Source: Tubulanus polymorphus
Taxonomy: Eukaryota; Animalia; Nemertea
Assembly (NCBI RefSeq): GCF_964204645.1
Contig: NW_027437473.1
Span: 4,001-68,000 of the forward strand
Reading direction: 5' to 3'
DNA: 64,000 bases
The notes beneath the pieces are model-generated. The model did not search any database, was not told the origin of the DNA, and was given only the letters and a program-made list of their open reading frames with translations. How positions within the stretch are numbered: position 1 is the stretch's first letter; every line of letters starts with the position of its first letter. Below, in pieces: positions 41,484 through 53,006 of the stretch. Made by a program: the position numbers and the translations under genes.

Positions 41484-41639
41484 CCTGCAATGGAATTCAT
41501 TATAAGATAACCGAAATTCGTTTTCTATCCCATTCGCAGAAATTATTGCAATATTTATCGGGGACCTCTTCTTCACTCTAGGTACTATTTTTAGGCCAAT
41601 TGTGGTCTGATACCGGACAATAGCAATGAATATTTGGAC

Positions 41640-41860
41640 TCATATGAACCTGTTTCGTTTGACTGCTTCTGCGTGAACACTTCTACGGTTTTACTTCCGC
41701 GTTTGAGCGCATCGCTCACTAGATGGCGCTAGCGCACGGTGCGCGAATTTCGGAGCCGATTTTCTTTCCGAAAAAACAAATTCCGACGGGGGTTCTAGAT
41801 CGACCGCGCGCGCTGACCAGAAACAGCTGAATGCAATTTTTGTTTGCCCTTATATAAATA
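41640..41860 (-). promoter_or_regulatory. Candidate promoter / non-coding first exon region of NLR2 (paralogous to ~63630-63850)
   Basis: Local CpG-rich patch, ETS-like GCGGAAGT on the minus strand (41693-41700) and a CTCF-like CACTAGATGGCGCT. The start site cannot be determined. Confidence 0.3.
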
Positions 41861-41994
41861 GTATTTACCTCTTCATCTCAAAGACGACTAATTACTACCC
41901 GATTTGAACTTGGACTCATGTGAAGAGCATAAAATAGAGTCTTGAACTAGGGATAAACAGTAATGGGCTAATCCAGTTAAAAAATGGCAACGGA

Positions 41995-42068
41995 ACTATT
42001 GCCACCAGAAAAAATGCCACCAGAAAAAATGCCACCATAAAAAATGACACCGTTAAAAATGCCACCAA
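41995..42068. repeat. Short tandem repeat (aaaaatgccacc...), ~4 copies
   Basis: Directly visible in the sequence. Confidence 0.7.
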
Positions 42069-42239
42069 CGACTTTTAACCACATTTTTTCAACAGTTTAA
42101 AATGAACAAATGATGATAATAAAATTCCACAGTTTATGTTCAGACATTTCCTGTCCAGACGTTCAAAATCACTACTTTACTACTGATCATGAATTTTATT
42201 TTAACTAGGAATAGACTAATAATATTATGTTATTAATAA

Positions 42240-42329
42240 TTAGAGTTAGGTTTAGGAGTTAGGGTTAGGAGTTAGGTTTATGAGTTAGGTTTAGGAGTTA
42301 GGTTTAGGAGTTAGGGTTAGGAGTTAGGT
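42240..42329 (+). repeat. Degenerate telomere-like repeat (TTAGGG/TTAGGA/TTAGGT)
   Basis: ttaggagttagggttaggagttaggttt... Confidence 0.75.
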
Positions 42330-42339
42330 CGAAATTTAA

Positions 42340-43345
42340 TTACGGAGAACTGAGTGAGAAGAGTAATTATAAATGATGATAATTAATAACTAAGTGAGTG
42401 AGTAGATAATTAATTAATTAAGGAACAACAAACTAAAACAAATCAAAGAGAAATAAATCAAAATGAAACTATATCAAAGTAAAATAAACAGATGGTATCT
42501 AAGAGCAACGAATAACAAGAAATGGAAGTCCGGTTACAATGAATAACAAACGAAATTAGGTTCTGTATCGGGACATGAATCCTAGATCGCGATTGAGGCC
42601 AAGATTAACAGGATCACCGCGTTGAATAAGTTTTTGTTCCATGATTTCGCGCGATTGTTTATTAGAAGTGTTCATTTTATGTAACGCGGTCACTTTAAGG
42701 TTACTGATGGTGTTGTTCGGAAGATTGAAATGTTCGCCGATAGGTTTATCCATTTTCTTGTGTCTGATATCAAATTTGTGACCATTTAAGCGTTGACGTA
42801 ATGTTTGTCCAGTTTCTCCGATGTAGATGGTTCCAGGGCTAAACAACGTTGGTGGAGTCGCATGTGCAGGGTTCAGTGACTTTGAGTTGTTGGTTGTTGG
42901 TTGCGGTGACGGTCGGTGATGAGTTGATGAGAGGGCAGAGTTGACATCTAGATTTATTGCAGGGGCTCGTGTATTTGTTATCTGAGTCTTCTACGGTGGA
43001 TAGTTTGCTGCTGATGAGGAGTTTTCTAAGGTTAGCTGGTTTGCGGTACGCGATGACTGGTCTCAGTGGTAGTATGTCGCGTAGATTATTCGACTATGGG
43101 TTGGAGATCTGATATGATTCGTTGGATTCTGCGCAGGCGCGGACTGTAGGTGACTGCGATGGGGATTCGCTCAGTTTCTCTAGACGTTGCGGATTGGAGT
43201 GTTGTTTCTCTGGGTATGTGAGTAGCGCGAGTGATTTGTTGGTCGATGATTTCAGGGTTGTACTGGAGTTGGTGGAACGCATTTTTCAGTTGTTGAATGT
43301 GTTGGTCGCGGTCTTGAGTGTTGGAGCAGAACATTTTCTTCTCAC
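42340..43345 (-). mobile_element. Penelope-like retroelement remnant (RT C-terminus, Zn-linker, GIY-YIG endonuclease)
   Basis: 43086-43358 has CSNTQDRDQHIQQLKNAF..YNPEII..IPIAVTYSP, followed by RPVIAYRKPANLRKLL and PCNKSRCQLC. 42556-42846 has IYIGETGQTLRQRLNGH..IGEHF..REIMEQKLI..GLNRD. The frame is disrupted. Confidence 0.85.
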
Positions 43346-46300
43346 AGCATCGGCCCAAAAAATGCCTTTTTTCGTTTTACTTTTCATGCCTTTTAAATTG
43401 GATATGGTGCCGCCCCGTTAACTGTCACGGGGACCTAGGGTTGACCAGTAACAGTGCCCTTTTTCATGAGATCATCCGGAATTTGGGCCCTTTGAAACAA
43501 ATTGTCATCGTATAATAGGCCCATACAAAGTGTGCTTTTATTTGTCCTTTTTACTTTATGTTCCCTTTTCATTGGATATGGTGCCCTTTTTATCTGTGTT
43601 CACCAATCGTCTCGGGGTTGATTTTGTTTTCACAGAAATCTAATGCTTTGATTTTAAAAGGGTATTTTGGAAATTCGTATCCTTCCTTCCGGAAGGCATG
43701 GAAGGTAAGCTGGATGCGACCCTGATCCGCACGAATCATGAATTCAACTCAGATGCGGATTGGTCGACGACCTTTTCTTGGTTACATCGTTCTCATGTCT
43801 GTGATAAACGGGTCTGGAATCTACTGTACTGTGTCACTGGTCTGCTTGTCTTGTTCACGTTAGGAGCGTTCCTGATAGCGATAAGTCGCAGATTCCGCAG
43901 TTTACCTCACGCTATCTATCCGATCGCTTTGTGTCTCAGTGATTCCTTGCACTTTATCAAATTAACACTGATGCCTGTTTAACAGTTCGTTCTCTTTCGC
44001 GATAAAGGCGTTCCTATATTCATCACGAATTCACTGATCAGTTGTCAAATATATGATCTGTGATGTCACTTGCAGGCTGTAATAGTTAATCGAGACTCGG
44101 AGCCACGGCACGAAATTTGCGGCGCTCAGATTGTTCGAATGCGTCGATTTTATTTCGGGGCCGTAGTTTTAGGTGTACAATCAAAGAGAGTTGACAAATT
44201 TGCAAACAACACAAACACCTGAATACGGACCACGTTACGCCCCCTAGTGGACGATAAAGTATATAGCGAACAGAGAAAAGAGGTCAGAAGATTATGTTGT
44301 ATCCACTTTTTATACGATTAGAATTCAATTCCTTTAGGAATTAGCGAAATATCGGAAAAAAAACATCTTAGTTAGGACAACAAACTCCCAAGAAGGCAGT
44401 GCAACATCTGGTGTCGCAACAACCACCAAACCAATATGTGCCGGTTTTCCCATGACATTGACACGGAGTTCCTCTCTTTTCAATCTGAATTTCTGTAAAT
44501 AGATTGATCTATATTGATTTAACTTGTAAGCAAAATATAAACTCGTGTTTTAAAAAACCTAACGAAATAACTTCAGTTGCCGCGACAGAAGCTCCAACGA
44601 CCATAAACAAGGCCAAGGCGATGAACAGAGTTTTAGTAAACAATCTGAAAGTGAATTTGAAATGTTGAAAATAGCCACTGAGATATAACACTGTAACAGT
44701 TACTAGAATGGTCGATTTAATCCTTTCGTTATTCGCACTTAATTCGCAAATTTTTACCGTCAAAAAAGTGAAAATATTGTAAACAGATAAAATGGGTACT
44801 TGTTCCTTATTGGAACGGAATGTTTAATATAAGAAACGAGTAACTTACTTAACTGCGGTTTTGTTTTGGTGACAAATCACGGATTTATACGAGAAATTCA
44901 CAAGCTGGAATAGAAACAAATAAATCCGAGATATTTGGACTGATTTCCAGCAGTCATCAAAAATATTCAATACATCTCTAATTGATCATAAAACCTAGCA
45001 AAATTTAACAGAATCAAATACACAATCCTACAAATAGAAATAAGTTTTGATATTTCAAAAATATTTTATCATTTCTCTCTAGAAACAGCAACAAAATATC
45101 AGATCAATGTTGACTCGATGATTCAACAGCATCAAAATTGAACTTACCTTCGAATACAAACGATTCCAAGTCGATGATATGTTGATGAAACTGATTGGTT
45201 TATATTGACTGTGTCCGCACCACCCGCCTCTCATCTCAAACTGGGTGAAATTATCAAAGCAGAAATTTACAATCGATCCTTTTTTGTCGAATCAGAAATT
45301 GAAAAAGTGAATAAAATCACGGGTTTTCTGATATTTTGAACTCCTCGTGATTTGAACTGGAAATCAGAAGTGTTTTTAATTTTTCAGGGATTTGAAACTG
45401 TGTTCGATGTTTGAACTGTTTATCTTGTAAATTAAATAAACTCATCTCCTTCCAATTAAATACATAAAAACATCCAATAATAAATTTTCTTTGACAAAAA
45501 ATGTGGAACTCTGGATTTTGTGTTTCACACTCAACGCTACAGAATAAATTCGATATCTTCCGATACAGATTCAATGACCTTCAGTAGAAAATGAGAAACA
45601 TCTCGTGAAATGTGTCAAAATGTCCACGTGACGCGTGGGTCCCATCGAAACCGGTTTCATCTAGTTTACATTACGCATATTTCGTACCAATTTGCCAATC
45701 ATCGACGAGTATGACTAATTATGCGTCCTATCATTAATGAGGATGTTTTGGAAGGTGGACCCGGTTTTAGCGGCAAACTCAATTATTCAATTTTCAAATT
45801 AAATCATTTTGCTATTAGAGATGTGTGATTTATACCGATATATACTTCATGCAGTTCAGAATGGATTGATATCTTCACTAGAGTCACCGCGCAGTTTATA
45901 GAGCGAAGATGGATTATGACCAGTGACCCCAATAGTTAGATAATAATATGAAATATGAAGCTTCATTGTGTTCGACAATTCTTGTCGTTCGCGCAGATTA
46001 TTACATCTGGGTGTCTTGTATATGTTCGCACCTGGAGGTTATCGCGATGGTGTATGGTTTACCAGTCTGGACAGTGAGGTGCTCAAACTGTCTCCCGTAA
46101 ACAATTAGACACCTCTTGTGAACATATTACGATTTATTCTGAATGTTATCTCGCTGAAACGAAAGATAAACCGTTCTCAAAAACTGAGCCGTTACTGGAA
46201 ATTCAATGGAATTTGAATGTTTTCTTGTTCAGGATTTATTTGGAATGAAATCGCGCTCAAACTAGTTCCGGATTGATATAAACTGTGCTCAATAAACTGA

Positions 46301-49300
46301 ACTTTTATCAAAAAACACAAGGATTCAAATTGACTCAAGGATAATCATTCATACATTACACACACAAGATTGGATAAACTGTAAGTTAGAAAAAACATTA
46401 ACAGCTGAAATTATGTTTTATAGGTTTAGTTAGTTATTAGGAACTTACTCGGTGAGTTAGTAAGTTAAAGAAATGCATGAAAATTAGTACAATTTCCAAC
46501 GAAATGTGTAAGTTTAAGTAAAGGAATTTGGGTGCTATTTGCAACAGGGTCCTGTGGAGTCTCTGGGTCTCTGGTCTTGCAGATAGAGAAAGCTGTTTGT
46601 TCATTTCGATGCCTAATATCTTTATTTTCACTAACGGTTTCACTAATGTCTCTGTCGGTCAAATAGATAAATAACAGGTTAGCCTGGCTGTATTGCGCAA
46701 TGTTGAATTCAGTTGTACATGTATCATCATCAGGGTGACCGAAACCGGTTCTGTCCAGTTCAGGTCATCATTAGCTATGCGCGCCACTTGACCAATCAGA
46801 ATTACTTATTGCGCCCCGCATCAATTATGTGGCCAATCGCCGGCCGCGATGACCAGCCGCGCACGAGCCGAGTGCAAGGCGAGCAAGGAACCCGCTTCAT
46901 TAGAATCCGTCACAATCGCGGTTTAATTTACATCATAGAACACGAAATTAAACGATAAAAAAACAATTCAGAAACGATAAAACTGATACGGATAAGATGA
47001 ACGCGATTGTTAGGTGAGTTTGTCGAGATTTCCGCATCGCAAATTTCTAGATATTTACGTGAAAAAGTAAGTTGATTTTCACACGTGTGAAACCCAGCAA
47101 TGTAAACGGCATATAAACTTCTACTCGTTACTTATAGACTATTCAGATACAAGGGTAGATGCAGGATTAATTTGCAGGGGGGGGGGCAACATACGTGGGG
47201 TACCTTTTCGATTACAAGGGGCACTCCCCCCCCCCCCGTAAAGCGAGTGCAGTGAGGCGCGAAGCTGTGAGGGGTTTTTGCCCGGGAAATGAATTTATCG
47301 GTATTTCGACTATGGTTGTTTGAATTTCTTCTTTGTTTTATTTTTCAGGCTTCACGGAACTTGGAATCGATTCAATCGAAGTTCAATTTAAATCAGGATT
47401 ATTGCGATATTACAACAAACTGCGCTCATAACAAACTGTGAACTATTATAAAAAACACGAGGATAAAAACTGACTATAATTCTGAGGATCCCTGGATTCA
47501 TACATTACACACATGATTGGATAAACTGTGAGTTAGAAAAACATTAACAGCTGAAATTATGTTTTATAGGTTAAGTTAGTTATTAGGAACTTACTCTGTG
47601 AGTTAGTAAGTTTTTAGAAAGGCATGAAAATTAGTACAATTTCCAACGAAATGTGTTAGTTAAAGTAAAGAAATTTGGGTGCTATTTGTATCAGGGTCCA
47701 GTGGAGTCTCTGGGTCTCTGGTCTTGCAGATAGAGAAAGCAGTTTGTTTATTTCGATGCCTAATATATTTATTTCAGGATCCTGTATTTTACGCTTCTAT
47801 TTCCAGGGTTTCTCTCTATTTTCAGGTGTTTTCCTTTTATTTCAGAATTTCCGTTTTTTCTAATCTTTTGTTTTATAAGAAAACGACTTTCATGTAAAAA
47901 CGTTTAGTTGAAATAAAAATGACAATTTCAGGGTCATCGCTGAGACAAGACCCCAGAAGACTAGGCCACAGAGTACGTGTCTTCACCCCCAGCACACAAC
48001 AGAGTGGCCCGATTCAGGTGCGGCCTGTATGTTCTATTTCAGTGTGAAGAACAAGACCCCCTAGTCACAGAAGATTGAATCTGAAGTTGAATGATGATGA
48101 CAGAGTGACTGAAGAATTCCGGTGTGACCTGTATAACATGTCTCTATTTCAGTATCCCCCTCCCTAACCCCTAAACCCGAGCCCGAATAGGTAGGCCGAA
48201 TATATAGGTTAGGTTAGAATAGTTAGTTGATAGATCTTTGAATTAGAACATAATTTCAGCTGTTTATATAAAATACAGTTGTTATTTCAAGTGGAACTTT
48301 TTAACAATAAAAGTTGCATTTATTTACAATTGAACTGGATTGAAAATGTTTGACAGTTTGTGAGTTAAGTGTGATTTGATTAAGATGAAGAGTTGAACTG
48401 TTGAACTCTACTTCTTATAAAATACAAATGACATTTGCAACTGGTTTCAGGTTCAGACAGCACCCCCCACCCGGTCGGGTCCTATTCCTGAGGTACCTCG
48501 GTTTCTGGTTTATTTGGTTGAATTAATTTACTGATTTTGGTCGCGCTGTTTTTGATGTCGATATTTCTCGCGTATATTTTTAGGAGACGCGGTTTTTTTA
48601 ATTGATGATTCAAATCATTGAACGATTATTATATTTAAATCATTCACACCTTGTTATTTTGAGGTCTCCTATCAAATTAATCTCGTAATAGAAGCGGTTG
48701 TTTTTGTACCAGTGAACATCAGTGTTCTATTGCAAACATAGAAATCCATTACATAAAACAGAATTAGATTCATCAATTTATTACAATTATTCTATATGTA
48801 GATTATAAATGTTGGATGTGGCTACGAACTTTTTAAGTCATCAGTTTGAAGTCATTTCGTGTTGTTTTATTTTCCTCACGCCGATTCTAGGTAGGTCTCT
48901 GTGTATTGTAATTTTGCGAGGTCTGTTCCTCCAATTTCACAACCTTCTCGTTGTCGATAAAATTAAATTTCAAAGTTTTAAAATTCACTGTTGAATTCGT
49001 TATAGTTGTGACGATAAACTCAACCAAACGACCATTTCAAATTACGTAACTGAATTAGAAATAGGCCTGAAACAAACTAAGGCTTCGATGTAAATGTAAC
49101 GACTTATCAAAATGATATTTAATTTCACTTCTTTCAGGTTTTGGTGTCTGTGAAGAGTTCACATGCTACTCATTGCTTCCTCGTAAGATGGCGGATGTTT
49201 ATAGGTTATAGGATGGATATTCTCCTCCTCCACTAGGAGGCGCTGTAGGTAAGACGCGGTACAACAATGTTGACAAAATAGAACAAATTCAGCTGATAAT

Positions 49301-49417
49301 TCTTGATAGCGTCGATAGAAGAGAAAGTTTTTAATTTATTTCTGGCGGTGGCAATTTAGATCAGGTCTGATTAGAAACTGTTGTAATCAGAGAATAATAG
49401 CTGGTAGTCAGCGAAGA

Positions 49418-49670
49418 GTCACCACATCTGACTGGTCACCAGTCACCGAACCTGACTGGTCACTGGTCACCACACCTGACTGGTCACTGGTCACCACAAC
49501 CTGATTGGTCACTGGTCACCACACCTGACTGGTCGCCGGTCGCCACACCTGACTGGTCGCCAGTCACCACACCTGCTGACTGGTCACTGGTCACCGCACC
49601 TGACTGGTCATCAGTCACCACACCTGACTGGTCACCAGTCACCGCACTTGACTGATCGCCGGTCACCACA
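49418..49670. repeat. Short version of the 24-bp minisatellite
   Basis: Same unit as 7022-8142. Confidence 0.9.
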
Positions 49671-50537
49671 CTAACCAGACCAACTTACAAACTCGGTCAG
49701 TCACTACTGATCTATGGCCCAGTGGTCAACATGCTCGGCTGGTATACTGAGGATCGCAGGTTCGAGTCCTGCTAGGGTTAGGATCGAACTAGGATTAGGG
49801 TTACCAGAGCTAGGGTTAGGGAGATTTCAGAGTTATTTCTGTTCTTCCCAGCATGTCGTTTTGGTGAAGAAGGCGTAATTCATTACCGGGGGCGATCGGG
49901 TCTGATTAGAAATTGTTGAAATCAGAAAGATCATAACTTTTTGATATTTCACAAGCAAGATAAACTTGTTCGACTTTTATAAAACAGAAGTAGACCGTAT
50001 GACGTAAACATCAAGCGATTGAAATATTCACTTAACTTTTATTTAGCAAAAAATCCTCGAGATGATTTTGTTTGCTAGATTTAAGTTGTTCAATTAAACA
50101 ACTTAGTATTCAAAAATGATGGTAGTTTTGTTTTTATAATTTTCAATATAAATGGTGGGACTTACTTTTTAGAATATTTGATAACGCAATCGATGCTTCA
50201 AAAAATACCGATAGAAAAGGAGGAATTAGATATATTTATTACATAATTACGTATAATTTTCTGACCGATTAGAGGGATTGAGATCGGCCCAAGTGGAATT
50301 CTAATATGAGGAGCTAACTAAGGGCGATAGCAGCGGTAAATATCAGTAAAAATGGATGTCTAATAAAAGTTTATCGCAGTTACCCGAATATTTTAAAATC
50401 TGTGTTTAATTCTATCGTTGCGAGGAAAAATGAAATTGGTTTTTTCAAAATGAAAATTGTGAATGATTTGAAATGCGTCGTTAAAAGTTGGTTAAAACGG
50501 TTTTTGGGAGAAGGCTATCAATACTCACAGTGATCAG

Positions 50538-50746
50538 CTTAGTCGCGACCCGGATCACAGTTGTGTCGTCTCTTAGTCGCGACCCGGATCACAGTTGTGT
50601 CGTCTCTTAGTCGCGACCCGGATCACAGTTGTGTCGTCTCTTAGTCGCGACCCGGATCACAGTTGTGTCGTCTCTAAGTCGCGACCCGGATCACAGTTGT
50701 GTCATCTCTTAGTCGCGACCCGGATCACAGTTGTGTCGTCTCTTAG
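50538..50746. repeat. 34-bp tandem repeat, ~6 copies
   Basis: Unit cttagtcgcgacccggatcacagttgtgtcgtct. Confidence 0.9.
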
Positions 50747-52152
50747 ACCGGGCCCAGTCCATATAGAAATGGAAACTTGTGTAAGATGAGACCGGGCCCA
50801 GTCCATATAGAAATGGAAACTTGTGGTCCAATCTCCTCACAATGAAAAATGCCCAGCTCCAAATAAACACCACACAACAATCTGTATAAACTAGATGACA
50901 CAGTCTTTATTTTCAGCAGAATATATTGGGCTTGAGGGCACCATCTTTTCCAAGTAACAACTTTTCCGTACCCTTCTTTTCACAAAACAAACAACACTCT
51001 CCACCATCAAACACCCTTTTCCTCTTAACTGACTCCATTCAGCTGCATTCATCCATGGCAAAGATTTGAGACATGATTTCAAAACAACACCCATTTAATT
51101 GTCGTTTCCAAGGATATTTTGAGCAAACCTAAATTTGAATCATTAGCTGCAAATGAAGTCATGCTCATTTCATCAAAATACAATGGATTTATACGGGATA
51201 TGATGATTCCAGAACTATTTATTAGTGGTCGGACTACTAGATTTTCATTTTATTTAAGTTGTAGCTTTTTTCTCTGCCCAAAAACGGGTAGGGCGACCCG
51301 GAAAACATAGGAATCGATACCAGTATCACTTTTCTGCGACAACTCAAGATCGGACTGTAACCAAAATAATTTCATAGGCATTTTCCGCCTTGGTTACCAT
51401 GGAGACAGTCAACAATGTTGGAGTACAACCTTTAACAATATGTGCTTCCATGGTAACGGAGTTTGTTTGATGTTGATGTCCCACAGCAACAGGAAAGTCG
51501 GTTATCCATTTATCCATTAATTGAATCTAAATCTATGGTGTCATAGCAACGACGTTTCAACAATGATGGTCATTATGATTCGTCATATGAAACACGGGTA
51601 ATAAATGAATTATGTTATTATTTAGTTAACTAAAACTGATTAATATAATTCCCGTGTCTTTGCATTAACAGAAATTTTCAGCCCTGTGAACAGCGCCCAG
51701 ATTAGGTTGCTAGGCAGCAGCCAACAATATATGATTTTAAACGTTGGATTCCTGGGTTTGACAAAACATGTATAAGCGTATATATATATATGAAACCATA
51801 CTCTGCTGACGCGCAAAAGGTTAACAACCTTTTAAGGTTAATTTGCAATATATTTGACGATTTTCCTTCCTAACGAATACCTCGTATTTAGCGCCCCCTA
51901 TAGGCCGAAAGTGAAAAATCACATAGTGGCAGACAGGTGTTTCAGGGGGTGGGGGGAGTCTCACCTTTCATTTAAGCCCGGGTGCCAAGCTCTACCCAAA
52001 AATGCCCAAAGATTGGTCTTGGATAGCTGACTATATAGGTTGAGACCTTCTCTGTCCCGTACAGTGAATAAACATTGGTTAACAATAAAATAGACACGAA
52101 ATACACAATTATATAAACAATTGACTACAGCGAGCAAGATAAAAATGGTGAA

Positions 52153-52593
52153 TATCAGATTATCTGCATTTGTTGAGATTTATTGCCATGGTGACCGCAA
52201 AATGTTTGATTTTCTCATTCGGAAAATATGACTGTGGATCATGGAATTCGGGCTCGAATACTTGTGCTGTCCAAATCAATGTTTGCAGTTGCGCCCTTCA
52301 GACGTGTGGTTTTAATGATCCTACAGTAGGAGGTAAAATCTTTGGATCAATTTTACCTCCCATCTCAACTACGGTATATTAGTCATGTTCGATGTTATAT
52401 TCAAAATGTACCAAATAATGTGGAGAAGATGTTTCAAGAAAAAGATGGTTTAAAACCTGTGAGGCAACTCAAATATATGCAACAACTATATTTGCCGAAA
52501 AAAAACACACACAAAATGAGAAAATCAAAGATTTGCGATTGCCATGGCAATAAATCTCAACAAATTCAGATTTTTTTCCGAGATAATCTGATA
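52153..52593. mobile_element. MITE-like element with long imperfect terminal inverted repeats
   Basis: tatcagattatct..atttgttgagatttattgccatgg..tttgattttctcatt pairs with aatgagaaaatcaaa..ccatggcaataaatctcaacaaat..agataatctgata. It begins exactly where homology to copies I and II breaks. Confidence 0.7.
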
Positions 52594-53006
52594 CCGCGTG
52601 TAAAGTTTACTTCAATTTCCGACAATAAGATTTCACACATATATAATGTGAATTCCAAAATCTAGGCCCCAATGACCATATGGTCACTTTTTGGAAATTT
52701 GGATACAAAACGGTTGCTATGGCAACGACGGTAACAATGAAAATTGGGCAGCGGTCATTTTCGTGTTCAGGGAAGTCCACTGAACTACCCGACATGCGGG
52801 CTGCCAAGCTGTAACATGCCATACATAACAACCCACAATTCAGAAGATAAGCTCTAGGATAAACTGCGGTTTAATATCAGTTCAGTTTCTGTTGTGTTTC
52901 TAGAGAAGTGACGTTTTACAAAATGCGCGTTAGTCGATTGAATCTTATAAATCGATGAATCTACTTAATTTGCGTCACTGAGCTCCGATATCGATGATAT
53001 ATCAGA

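Larger units (their letters stand above)
27180..42008. repeat. Segmental duplicate copy II (carries NLR paralog 2 and its 5' region)
   Basis: Colinear with copy III up to the window end (aacggaactattgccaccag at ~41990-42008 and 63981-64000). Confidence 0.9.
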
